Below are positions 18,702-28,023 of a DNA stretch of 64,000 nt, piece after piece. The position numbers were made by a program, and so were the translations under genes. Position 1 is the first letter of the stretch. Each line of letters starts with the position of its first letter. The notes below the pieces were generated by a model. That model had not been told where the DNA came from and ran no database searches. It worked only from the letters and a program-made list of their open reading frames with translations. The DNA comes from Acidilobaceae archaeon (lineage in GTDB: Archaea > Thermoproteota > Thermoprotei_A > Sulfolobales > Acidilobaceae): assembly GCA_038824665.1 (NCBI GenBank), contig JAWBBK010000001.1, forward strand, positions 1-64,000, given 5' to 3'.

Positions 18702-21001
18702 GACTCGCAATAGTCGGCATCGTTCAAGGCGTTGGATTCAGACCTTTCGTCTTCAGGTTAGCCACGTCTCTAGGGCTTAGAGGATATGTGAAAAATCTAG
18801 GAGGTAGCGAGGTCGAAATATGGGTTGAAGGAGACGAGATCTCTCTTGCGACGTTCTTGAAGAGACTCCTTCAAGAAAGACCTCCCTCAGCTAAAATAGA
18901 AAGCGTGAAGATAGAAGATGTTGAGCCAAGAGGTTATACGTTTTTCGAGATCTGTAGGAGCGGACGCGACAAAAAGGTAAGGAGTTCTATACCACCTGAC
19001 ATAGCCATATGTCACCACTGCATGAAAGAAGTGCTTGAGCCAAACACCAGGTTCACGAACTATTATTGGAATAGTTGTGCTTGGTGTGGACCTAGGTTCT
19101 CCATGATCTACGAGTTGCCCTACGATAGAGAGAATACAGCGATGAAGGACTTCCCCTTGTGTGGAGATTGTCGGAAGGATTACGAAGACCCCAACAACGT
19201 CAGAAGATTCCACGCTCAAGGGATCAGTTGTAAAACATGTGGACCCAAGACCTACGTCTACTCAAATCAAGGCGAGAAGCTAAACGTCGAAGACCCTGTC
19301 ACTTTCACCGCTAGAGCGATAGAGGAGGGGGCTATAGTCGCCATAAAGGGAATAGGAGGTTATCATATAGCCTGTCTGGCTACTAAAGACGACGTGGTAG
19401 AAGAACTTCGCAAAAGGAAGAAAAGACCAACGAAGCCTTTCGCGCTCATGGCCAGAGATCTTGAGATTGTAAGAAACATAGCCTTAGTTCCAGAAAGAGC
19501 AGAAAGACTCCTATTGTCACCCGAGAGACCGATAGTCTTATTGCAAAAGAGACAAGGAGCTCCAGTATCTGAACTTGTAGCTCCTGGACTTTCTACAATT
19601 GGAGTCATGTTGCCCTACACAGGCTTTCAGGTTTTATTGTTCTCAAAAGTTAAAGACGGGTTTCTAATAATGACTAGCGGAAACGTTCACGGCAAGCCTA
19701 TGTGTACGAACCTAGAGTGCGTCTTGAAGGAACTCAGAGATGTAGTCGATTATGTGATAGAACACGAAAGAGATATAGTCCATAGAGTAGATGATAGCGT
19801 GATCAGATTTACTGACGAAGAGCCTGTGTTTTTAAGGAGAGGTAGAGGCTATGCGCCTGCTTGGCTTCAGCTCCCGTTTAACGTTCCAGATTCCATAGCT
19901 GTAGGAGCTGAGCTTCAGTCTGCTGGAGCTGTGGCTTTTGAAGACAAAGCCGTCTTGACTCAATACATAGGAGATGTAGATGAGCCCGAAGCTTTAGATG
20001 ACCTAGAGAAAGAGATCCTATGGTTGGTTCGAGTTTATGACTTAAAGCCCAAGCTCGTAGCTTTAGATATGCATCCGCTCTATCACAGCAGAGAAGTAGC
20101 CAAAAAGTTGTCTGAATTCATGGGAGCAGAGCTAGTTGAAGTTCAACACCATCACGCACATGTAGCCGCAACAATGATTGACCTAGAGATGAGATTAGAG
20201 GAGTCCGTTCCTGCTATCGCTATAGATGGAACAGGCTACGGAGCTGACGGAGAGATATGGGGTGGAGAGGTGTTGATAGCGAATTACGAAAAGTTTGAGA
20301 GAGCCGGTAGCCTTAGACCTTACGTCCTCCCTGGAGGAGACAGCGTTACGCTACATCCAGTGAAGTCTCTAATCTCCGTTCTTACCTCTTACGGCTATGA
20401 TGAAAAAGAGATAATTGAGATACTCGAAAAGAGAGGATTGATGCATTGGCTTCCTCGAGGGTTCAGAGAGGCAACGATTTTCTATGAGCTGGCCAAGAGA
20501 GGAAAGGGGCTTCAGACAACGAGTCTCGGAAGAGTTCTAGATGCGTTCTCAGCACTTCTCGGAGCGTGTCACTTGAGAACATATGAGGGAGAGCCAGCCA
20601 TAAGGCTCGAAGCTCTTGCCGACAGAGGGAAAGACTTAGGTTGGGAGGCTGAGATCGAGTGGTTTGACAATAGGTTGGTAGTCAGTCTGAGAGAAGTGAT
20701 AGAGATGACTCTCAGTGGCAACTTTTCTAATGAAGATGTAGCGCGTTCAGTTTTGACAAGCTTAGGGAGAGCTCTAGCTAGAACAGCTGTAAAGATATCG
20801 AAAGGGAGAAGAGGGGTAAGAGGAGACGTGATCGTGGTCTGTGGAGGAGCTGCTGTCAACACCTACATAGTGAGAGGAGCAAGAGAGGTAGCCAGAGAGG
20901 AGGGATTACAGGTACTCCTGCCTAAACGAGTGCCTCCTAACGACGGTTCAATAGCTTTAGGACAGATCGCCATAGCTCGTTTTAAAACGAGTCTCTATTA
21001 A
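18677..21001 (+). CDS. hypF: Carbamoyltransferase HypF
   Basis: GIVQGVGFRPF acylphosphatase domain, CxxC Zn fingers, KGIGGYH, QHHHAH, DGTGYG, PPNDG; start uncertain (GTG 18647/18677 or CTG 18698). Confidence 0.97.
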   Translation: MDRKVKALRLAIVGIVQGVGFRPFVFRLATSLGLRGYVKNLGGSEVEIWVEGDEISLATFLKRLLQERPPSAKIESVKIEDVEPRGYTFFEICRSGRDKKVRSSIPPDIAICHHCMKEVLEPNTRFTNYYWNSCAWCGPRFSMIYELPYDRENTAMKDFPLCGDCRKDYEDPNNVRRFHAQGISCKTCGPKTYVYSNQGEKLNVEDPVTFTARAIEEGAIVAIKGIGGYHIACLATKDDVVEELRKRKKRPTKPFALMARDLEIVRNIALVPERAERLLLSPERPIVLLQKRQGAPVSELVAPGLSTIGVMLPYTGFQVLLFSKVKDGFLIMTSGNVHGKPMCTNLECVLKELRDVVDYVIEHERDIVHRVDDSVIRFTDEEPVFLRRGRGYAPAWLQLPFNVPDSIAVGAELQSAGAVAFEDKAVLTQYIGDVDEPEALDDLEKEILWLVRVYDLKPKLVALDMHPLYHSREVAKKLSEFMGAELVEVQHHHAHVAATMIDLEMRLEESVPAIAIDGTGYGADGEIWGGEVLIANYEKFERAGSLRPYVLPGGDSVTLHPVKSLISVLTSYGYDEKEIIEILEKRGLMHWLPRGFREATIFYELAKRGKGLQTTSLGRVLDAFSALLGACHLRTYEGEPAIRLEALADRGKDLGWEAEIEWFDNRLVVSLREVIEMTLSGNFSNEDVARSVLTSLGRALARTAVKISKGRRGVRGDVIVVCGGAAVNTYIVRGAREVAREEGLQVLLPKRVPPNDGSIALGQIAIARFKTSLY

Positions 21002-21007
21002 GCTCCT

Positions 21008-21289
21008 TTAAGTTGTTGTGTCGGGAAAGTAATCGTCAGGTTCAGAGCTAGTCCCTCCTCTACCTCTTCTTCCTAGCCTCGAAAGAAAGACCTGGATCTT
21101 CGAGCCTCTAGACCATCTAGGTCTTCTCCTGACTACCACTAGATATCCATGTTTTCTCAAAGCGTTAGATAGAGACCTAGCTTTAGCCCTAGCTGTTGCC
21201 TCTTCGACCTCCTCGTTCTCTACCATCTTCTTGAGCTTCTCGAGTTCGATCAAGAGCTTCTCGAATTCCGATTTGCTCATAGAACCCAC
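21008..21289 (-). CDS. Small basic hypothetical protein
   Basis: GAGGTG SD-like sequence at the start; coiled N-terminus, Arg-rich C-terminus. Confidence 0.55.
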   Translation of the reverse strand: MGSMSKSEFEKLLIELEKLKKMVENEEVEEATARAKARSLSNALRKHGYLVVVRRRPRWSRGSKIQVFLSRLGRRGRGGTSSEPDDYFPDTTT

Positions 21290-21458
21290 ACCTCAGTCAT
21301 AGTTTTATGTTACTACAGCTGACACCACTTCGTTATCTCTCTCGCTAACTATATAGATGCTATCAGGACTTGTTTCGATCTCCAAGCTATGTTTTTGAAC
21401 TCGCTCCTGAAAGCCTCTTCTAGATGCAAGAGAGATAGAGAACAACGTCGACATTTTA

Positions 21459-21926
21459 TTATATCCTATCAAGTCTTGAGATGGTAACTTCTTCAAGCTC
21501 TGAGACGCTACACTTGACCTCATTTAGAGGTCCTACTTGTGAAACAAAACGTTGACCAAGAGTCTGAAGAGTTTCTATCAGAATCCGAGAAGCTTCAGGA
21601 CTCAACCCTACGGTAGCTACTACAGACACCTCCTCGATTCTATTCACAACGTCTTTGATCTGACTTACCCCTAGTAAATTCATCAAAACTAGTATAGGAG
21701 TCTTCTTGACTTTAGACCCAAGTTCTTTGTCTTCTAGAGCATAAACATAGGATATCGCGAGCTTGCAGGGACTAGCCAGCTCGAGCAATGGAAGTCCCAC
21801 TACGACTACGTCATCTATTGATGGAGGAAGGAAGTTAGCTGGAATAGAGTTGTTTAAGAACGCGATTGAAATATAGACTTCGAGCCAACCCAAGACGACA
21901 CGATAGTTAGAGATGTTAGCGCTCAA
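21459..21926 (-). CDS. cgi121: Divergent KEOPS subunit Cgi121-like protein
   Basis: 'ILVLMNLLGVSQIKDVV' resembles the Cgi121 'lL..g..QI..A' motif; rps17e-Ubl-cgi121 synteny is known in Crenarchaeota. Confidence 0.6.
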   Translation of the reverse strand: MSANISNYRVVLGWLEVYISIAFLNNSIPANFLPPSIDDVVVVGLPLLELASPCKLAISYVYALEDKELGSKVKKTPILVLMNLLGVSQIKDVVNRIEEVSVVATVGLSPEASRILIETLQTLGQRFVSQVGPLNEVKCSVSELEEVTISRLDRI

Positions 21927-22186
21927 AAAACCCGTCCTCCATGAACTACAGGGATTATGACTATCTCTCTAGCCGGCTCGTCTGGCTTAAGAAGCCTGTA
22001 GTCAACTCCATCAACGAAGACTACGTAGCCGGGAACGGGCTCTCCTGTGTCATCTATAGCCTCTCTTAAGAGAGTCGAGACCTCTCTAGCCTTTAAAAGA
22101 GCTTCTCTCCAGCTGGAAGCTTCCACCTCTAGCTTCTCTAAGCCTATTCGCTCTTTTAGGTGACCAAAGAGCTTTATCGAGACCAA
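21923..22186 (-). CDS. Ubiquitin-like MoaD/Urm1/SAMP beta-grasp protein
   Basis: IKLFGHL, VFVDGVDYRLL, IIPVVHGG followed by an RVF tail. Confidence 0.9.
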   Translation of the reverse strand: MVSIKLFGHLKERIGLEKLEVEASSWREALLKAREVSTLLREAIDDTGEPVPGYVVFVDGVDYRLLKPDEPAREIVIIPVVHGGRVF

Positions 22187-22197
22187 GAGCAGGCCCT

Positions 22198-22410
22198 CTA
22201 ACCAGAACTCTTAGCTTTCCTCTTTTTGGTAGCATTGATGAGATGAGTTATATAGCCAGCTATCTGGTTTCTTAGCTTTTTGCTATTGCACTCTACCAGC
22301 TTTGAGACAACTCTCTTGTTGTGTTCAAAGTCTCCTGTAAACACGTCTGGATATAACTCTAGCAGTCTTCTGACAGTCCTCTTGACCAGAGAGCTCCTCA
22401 CTTTGCCCAT
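22198..22410 (-). CDS. rps17e: 30S ribosomal protein S17e
   Basis: MGKVR..LVKR, FTGDFEHNK, SKKLRNQIAGYIT. Confidence 0.97.
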   Translation of the reverse strand: MGKVRSSLVKRTVRRLLELYPDVFTGDFEHNKRVVSKLVECNSKKLRNQIAGYITHLINATKKRKAKSSG

Positions 22411-22534
22411 GCCTGAAGCCCTCTGGACCGTTTGCATCCGCTCCTTTAAACAGTATCGCTGACCTCAGTCTCACAACAAGCGATCTGAAATATCTTTAAA
22501 GCTGGAACTCTAAGGACTAAAGGGATAAAAGAGA

Positions 22535-23224
22535 ATGTCTAGAGAAGAGATCTTGAAGCTAGAGGAGGTAAACCTTGAGCTAGCTAAGCTTCTCATAAAG
22601 ACCGCTAGAAACGCCATCAAGTTCTATATTGAGAAAGGCTATAGACTCTACGAAGTTCCTCGAGATCTTTTAGAGAGGTATCCTATAATGAAGAAGAAAG
22701 CTGCTCTTTTCGTGACTTTAGAGAAGCTGAAAGAGGTCGGAGAAAAGAGAGTCTCGGAACTCAGAGGATGTATAGGATTTGTTGAACCTGTATATCCTTT
22801 ACATGTAGCTATAGTAGAGTCTGCTGTCTCCTCTGCTTTCGGAGATCCTCGCTTTCCTCCAGTAAAGTCTGTAGAACTCAGCGAGATAGTTGTGGTTCTT
22901 TCCGTATTAGGAGAAAAAGTCCCGGTAGCTGACCTTGAGAGAGAAGTCCTAATAGGGAGAGACGGGCTCTACGTTGAAATGGACATAAGCGGTAGGAAGC
23001 TTTTCACTGGAGTTCTGTTACCTGAAGTCCCAGTCGAGTATTGCTGGGACGTTCGGACCTTTGCCGATATGACCTGTAGGAAGGCGGGTATGGAGTCTGG
23101 TTGTTGGAGAGAACATTTCGTGAAGCTGTATAGGATACCTGGGAGGACGTTCAGAGAGCTAGAGCCTGAAGGAGAGGTCGTAGAAGTAGACCTAGTAAAA
23201 GAGTATAGAGAGAGATGTGCTTAG
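22535..23224 (+). CDS. AMMECR1-domain protein
   Basis: FVTL...LRGCIG, DPRFPPV, GRDGL, GVLLPEV, C.KAG motifs. Confidence 0.93.
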   Translation: MSREEILKLEEVNLELAKLLIKTARNAIKFYIEKGYRLYEVPRDLLERYPIMKKKAALFVTLEKLKEVGEKRVSELRGCIGFVEPVYPLHVAIVESAVSSAFGDPRFPPVKSVELSEIVVVLSVLGEKVPVADLEREVLIGRDGLYVEMDISGRKLFTGVLLPEVPVEYCWDVRTFADMTCRKAGMESGCWREHFVKLYRIPGRTFRELEPEGEVVEVDLVKEYRERCA

Positions 23225-23260
23225 ATGTCTTCTGCTTATTGCTCTCTGTCTCCACAGAGT

Positions 23261-23989
23261 TCAAGCTAAAGTATAATATATCCTTTTCTTCTTCTTGCCT
23301 CTGTTCTCTATCTTGATGAGCTTTATCTCTCCTATCTCACAAGTGTTCTTTACGTGAGGTCCTCCATCTAGCTGTACGTCGACTCCAGGTATCTCTACGA
23401 CCCTCAAGACGTCTTCTTCTGGAGGAACGCGCTCAGCTAGCTTCACTATCCCTGATATCTTCAAAGCCTCTTCGCGCTTTAGCCAATACACTCTCACTTC
23501 AATACATTTAGAAATTATGGAGTTAGCTTCTACTACTGCTTTCTCAAAAGCGCTCTTCCAATCCTCTACCTCTATGTCGAAGTCATCTCTCGAGTACTCT
23601 GAGGTCACGAAACCTCCTGTGATCAAAGCGTTGTACTTCTGGTAGAGAATTGCTGCCAGCACATGAGCTGCTGTGTGAAGTTTCATCATTCTGTATCTAC
23701 GATCCCAATCTATAACTCCCAAAACCGAATCTCCTGAGCTGAAGATTGAGGGATCATCAACTATGTGAACAACCACGTCGTCTCTTATCTCAGCTTTCAG
23801 CACCCTGGCTTGAGCTTTGCTTCTAGTAGCGATCAAAACGCCTGTGTCTGTGTCTAGACCACCGTGAGGAACTGGATGAAAGGCTGTCTGGTCTAGCACT
23901 ATACCGCTTCCTTCTATCCTTTCAACTTTAGCTGTGAACTCTTTCAGATAGCTGTCGTATTGAAACAACAACTTGGTTTTGATGGGCAT
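23261..23989 (-). CDS. alaXM: Alanyl-tRNA editing protein AlaX-M
   Basis: LDQTAFHP..GG..DTG, MKLHTAAH, GGPHV..T.EIG; DGGPH stands in place of CGGTH. Confidence 0.93.
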   Translation of the reverse strand: MPIKTKLLFQYDSYLKEFTAKVERIEGSGIVLDQTAFHPVPHGGLDTDTGVLIATRSKAQARVLKAEIRDDVVVHIVDDPSIFSSGDSVLGVIDWDRRYRMMKLHTAAHVLAAILYQKYNALITGGFVTSEYSRDDFDIEVEDWKSAFEKAVVEANSIISKCIEVRVYWLKREEALKISGIVKLAERVPPEEDVLRVVEIPGVDVQLDGGPHVKNTCEIGEIKLIKIENRGKKKKRIYYTLA

Positions 23990-24023
23990 AGATCTCTACC
24001 TTGAGGTAAAAAAGTACCTGAAG

Positions 24024-25466
24024 CTATATGCTTTGACCTGAAGGCCTTTCTCTCTTCCATTCGGTACGGTTCTGGTAGTCGAGAAGCCTGATACCAAGCT
24101 TCAATAGTTCACTTCTTATCCAGTCAGAGACTTCGTACATCTTTCTGGCTCTCAGCTCGCTTCTCACCTTTACTATCAGGTCTATCAGAGGCTCCTCGAG
24201 AGTCTCTACCCTTTTAGACTCCAAGATCTCATCGAGGACTGCGTAAACGCGGTTGATATCTTGTAGAAACTTGAGAACGTGGAGAAGGACTCCTTGGCTT
24301 TCGCTGTGCTCGACCTCTTTATAGTAAAAGCTTGTAAAAGACCAAACGGTACTAATGGCCTCAGAAAGGTTAAAGTCTCTAGACAGCTCTCTGTGCCACT
24401 TCAAGATGAACTCTCTAAGTTCTTGAAGAAGTTTGACCTCTTTTGAAGAAAGCCAGTAAGCAGGTTCTCTTTCGTTTAGCCTCCTCAGAGTTCTATCCGC
24501 TATATCGACAAGCCTCTGATAGAGCTTTGCTGCCTGTTGTATGCTCTGTTCATTGTAGTCCAAAGGAGTTCTATAGTGAGCGCTGAGAAGCCACAGCCTG
24601 AGCGGTTCAGAGCCCCACTTCTTAGAAGCCTCTCTGAACGCTACTATGTTGCCTAAGCTTTTGCTCATCTTCTCCCCCTCTATAGTTAGATAGGCTATGT
24701 GGACCCAGTACTTAACCCAAGGACTTGTTCCGAAATAAGCCTCGCTTTGAGCTCTCTCATTCTCGTGGTGAGGAAATATTAAATCTGCTCCTCCTCCGTG
24801 TACATCTATCTTAGAGCCGAGATACTTGCTACTCATAACGCTACACTCTATGTGCCAACCGGGCCTGCCTGGACCCCAAGGACTATCCCAGTAGGGCTCT
24901 CCGGGCTTGGCAGCCTTCCAGAGAGCAAAGTCGTAAGGGTTCTTCTTCTCTCTTAACACTTCCTCCTCCTGTCTCCAAACATCTTTAGAGAGTCTTCCGC
25001 TAAGCCTTCCATAGTCTGAGTACTTGTCTACATCGAAGTATACGCTTCCGGATTCTGAAACGTAAGCGTAACCTTTTTCGATAAGTCCTTCAATAAACTC
25101 TATTATCTCCTTGATGTGATCTGTGACTCTAGGATGAACGTCGACTCTTATCTTGAGGGCTTCGAGCATAGACATATAATCCTTAGTGTACTCCTCTACC
25201 ACCTCTCTCCAGCTCCTATTCTCCTCATTAGCTTTCTTTAGTATCTTATCGTCGATATCCGTTATGTTCTGCACGTGAGTCACACTGAAGCCTTTCAAGT
25301 TTAGGTATCTCTTGAGAGCGTCGAACACTACGAAAGTCCTAGCGTGACCTATATGAACATAGTCATAAGGTGTAGGACCACAGACATACATTGAGACTAA
25401 AGGACTGTTCCAAGGATTAAACTCTTCTTCCGCCTTACTGAGCGTATTGTATATCTTTAGAGACAC
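24024..25466 (-). CDS. cysS: Cysteine--tRNA ligase
   Basis: [31 protein letters not shown]. Confidence 0.98.
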   Translation of the reverse strand: MSLKIYNTLSKAEEEFNPWNSPLVSMYVCGPTPYDYVHIGHARTFVVFDALKRYLNLKGFSVTHVQNITDIDDKILKKANEENRSWREVVEEYTKDYMSMLEALKIRVDVHPRVTDHIKEIIEFIEGLIEKGYAYVSESGSVYFDVDKYSDYGRLSGRLSKDVWRQEEEVLREKKNPYDFALWKAAKPGEPYWDSPWGPGRPGWHIECSVMSSKYLGSKIDVHGGGADLIFPHHENERAQSEAYFGTSPWVKYWVHIAYLTIEGEKMSKSLGNIVAFREASKKWGSEPLRLWLLSAHYRTPLDYNEQSIQQAAKLYQRLVDIADRTLRRLNEREPAYWLSSKEVKLLQELREFILKWHRELSRDFNLSEAISTVWSFTSFYYKEVEHSESQGVLLHVLKFLQDINRVYAVLDEILESKRVETLEEPLIDLIVKVRSELRARKMYEVSDWIRSELLKLGIRLLDYQNRTEWKRERPSGQSI

Positions 25467-25538
25467 AAGCGCTCCTACACCGAGGGTCGCTCTACTCTCC
25501 TTAAAAAGCCTAGTGAAGACCTAGGCTAGGGGTTCGGT

Positions 25539-26180
25539 TTGGAGGCAGAACTCAAAATCTCAAACTCGGAACAGTCCGATCATCCAGTCATAGTGGCTAT
25601 GAACAACATCATTTCGTTCGCTCAGGACTCCATGAAATATATAAATTTGAAGAAAGTAGACGAGTTCTTAGACCTCCTCGAGACTGTCTATAGAGAGAAG
25701 AAAAAAGTCTTAGTGATGGGAGCTGGCAGAAGCGGCTTAGTAGCTCGAGCCTTTGGAATGAGGCTTTTGCATATGGGCTTTAGAGTTTACGCTTTAGGGG
25801 ATACCCTTGTGCCTAGCGTAAACACGAACGACTTAGTGATAGCAGTGTCGGGCTCGGGCTCTACGAAGCTTATAGTCACAGCAGCAGAAACAGCCAAAAG
25901 CGTTGGAGCAAAGGTTGTAGCTATAACCAGCTACCCCGATTCGCCTCTCGGCAGAATAGCCGACTTAGTCATAGTAGTGCCAGGTAGGACTAAGACCAGC
26001 CACATAACGGACTACTTCGCTCGCCAAATCCTTGGAGTCTATGAGACTACTGCTCCTTTAGGAACGCTCTTTGAAGACACAGTCTCAATATTCTTAGACG
26101 GCGTCGTCTACGCTTTGATGAAAAGACTTAAGATAAACGAAGATGATATGAAGTCCAAACACGCTAATATAGAGCTATAA
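25539..26180 (+). CDS. phi: 6-phospho-3-hexuloisomerase (SIS domain)
   Basis: GAGRSGL, SGSGST, PLGTLFE, C-terminal HANIE. Confidence 0.93.
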   Translation: MEAELKISNSEQSDHPVIVAMNNIISFAQDSMKYINLKKVDEFLDLLETVYREKKKVLVMGAGRSGLVARAFGMRLLHMGFRVYALGDTLVPSVNTNDLVIAVSGSGSTKLIVTAAETAKSVGAKVVAITSYPDSPLGRIADLVIVVPGRTKTSHITDYFARQILGVYETTAPLGTLFEDTVSIFLDGVVYALMKRLKINEDDMKSKHANIEL

Positions 26181-26181
26181 G

Positions 26182-27111
26182 TTAAGAGACCTTGACAAGT
26201 TCTCCCGGGTTTTCCCTCGTTCCTAAATAGATTACCTCTTCTCTTTCATCAGCTACTCCTCTCACTACGAACTTTCCTCCTTCGTAGAAAGGAACAGCTA
26301 GATTGTACTCGAAGGAGATCAGAACCTCTCCTGGAGCGGTCTTAACGCAAGGCGGATAGAGGAGACTGGTCTCCTGACCCGGTTCTATCGTTACCTCTTT
26401 CTCTACAAACCTCGTAGGTCTCAAGACTCTCTCGTAGCTGGAAAGAGGCTCACAGAGTTCTCCTTCAAGAGGGACTCCTATCCACGAGACTTCTCTTCCT
26501 CTCACTAACGTCCTTCTCCAACCGACGTTAACTGGGGGGTTAACTAAAAGGCCTCCAAACGAGTTCCTAAGCGAGACTATAGGAGACGTTGAGATAAAGG
26601 CTTCAAAGACTTTTAGAGAGCTTGAGGCTCCGTAAACGACTAGGTCAATGTCTGAAACCTTCTGATTTTCAAGCTCTGCCGCTAGAGAGCCTGTAAGACC
26701 TAGTTCCGAGAGGCTAACACCGAATTCTCTTAAAGCCTTCAAGACCTCTATGAGAATCTCGTCGAGAAAAGCTATAGGCCTAGCTATCCTGTTTTGAAGA
26801 GCTTCTCGAGGCTCTACTACGAACAGGATCTTCCAAGACTCTAAGTAGGGCTGAAAGGCTCCGTAAACTCCATCGAACCTCTCGACTACTTTAGATCTAG
26901 TCAGAGCGTTCTCGAGACCTTGAGGACCGTATTCAATTACTACCCTACAGAAACTTGTCCCAAGTCTTGACCAGAGACTCTTATCGCAGAAAACGTACTT
27001 GGGGATCACTGGAATTAATTCAGGTGGATGCGGTATCCCTAGCGCTTGAGCTACCAACCCCTCTACGGTGTAAACAATACTTCCATGAGTTGGTTTCACG
27101 GCAGGGTTCAA
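26182..27111 (-). CDS. Uncharacterised Pol-beta-type nucleotidyltransferase (COG1665-like), paralog 2
   Basis: GLTGS...SDIDLVVYG catalytic signature; N-terminal 'G..HP....PKY'. Confidence 0.8.
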   Translation of the reverse strand: MNPAVKPTHGSIVYTVEGLVAQALGIPHPPELIPVIPKYVFCDKSLWSRLGTSFCRVVIEYGPQGLENALTRSKVVERFDGVYGAFQPYLESWKILFVVEPREALQNRIARPIAFLDEILIEVLKALREFGVSLSELGLTGSLAAELENQKVSDIDLVVYGASSSLKVFEAFISTSPIVSLRNSFGGLLVNPPVNVGWRRTLVRGREVSWIGVPLEGELCEPLSSYERVLRPTRFVEKEVTIEPGQETSLLYPPCVKTAPGEVLISFEYNLAVPFYEGGKFVVRGVADEREEVIYLGTRENPGELVKVS

Positions 27112-27989
27112 GTTTGGTTCTCCTCTAAAACCTCAAGTCTCATCCAACCATCTATGTCTGGACTCGTCTTGAGCGTTCCCCTCTCTTCGAATAAAGAGAC
27201 GCGAGCCATATAGAGCCCCTTAGGGAGTTCCGCGAATCTAGTGTGCCAGGTTTCAAGAACAGCCTTTAGCCCTATGTCTATTAGTTCTACCTCGTAAAGC
27301 GCTGGAACAGCAAAAGCTCCTAAGGCGTTCTTTATTCGAAGCATTCCTTCATATCTGCCAAGGTTATACACTAACGCGCTACACGGCTCTCTTTCGAGAG
27401 TTCTTAAAACTCTTAGGGTATAGGGATAACCTTTATAGCAAGAGTCCAGAAGCCTTGTTTGTGAAATGAGTTCGTAATAACGGAGATCTAAAAGGTCTTC
27501 TATCTTCTTAGCTCTCTTTTCGAGATCGCAAGGAGCTATTGACCTCTCTTCTCTCAAGTCTCTAAGAACCTTATAGACTTCTTCTGGGTCTGAGTAGATC
27601 AGTAAGTCTACGTCGCTCTTAAGATTCTCTGAAAACGTTGCCCATGAACCAGTAAGTCCTGACCACTCTGGAGAGATCACGTCAATCAGTTCGAGAACTC
27701 GAGAGTCCAGTTCGTCTCGTCTTACTTTCAAAGCCTTCTCAGGGTCTATGTAACTAATCACTGAAGAGTAACGAGCAACAGGAACTCTTCTACCGATACA
27801 GTCTACACGCTCTAAGATGTCTTCAACCCAGCTGAAGTCATACGACTTGACTCTTCTAGAAAAAATTGTGTAAGGAGAGACGATGAGACCCCAGTCCGGA
27901 TGTCTGTAGCCTCTGACAACCATAAAGTCTAAGCTACCGCGTCTAGAAACAACCACCGTCCAACCTTCTATAGCGTTCCTCAAGCTCAT
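27108..27989 (-). CDS. Uncharacterised Pol-beta-type nucleotidyltransferase (COG1665-like), paralog 1
   Basis: GLTGS...SDVDLLIY signature; N-terminal 'VRGYRHP'; C-terminal 'P..Y.V' OB-like segment. Confidence 0.8.
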   Translation of the reverse strand: MSLRNAIEGWTVVVSRRGSLDFMVVRGYRHPDWGLIVSPYTIFSRRVKSYDFSWVEDILERVDCIGRRVPVARYSSVISYIDPEKALKVRRDELDSRVLELIDVISPEWSGLTGSWATFSENLKSDVDLLIYSDPEEVYKVLRDLREERSIAPCDLEKRAKKIEDLLDLRYYELISQTRLLDSCYKGYPYTLRVLRTLEREPCSALVYNLGRYEGMLRIKNALGAFAVPALYEVELIDIGLKAVLETWHTRFAELPKGLYMARVSLFEERGTLKTSPDIDGWMRLEVLEENQT

Positions 27990-28023
27990 GATGTCTAGGT
28001 CCCAACATCGAGAGCTAGAACGA

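Noticed and set aside
21305-21523. 72-aa ORF
   Set aside because: Overlaps the cgi121-like gene, no motif or SD; probably spurious
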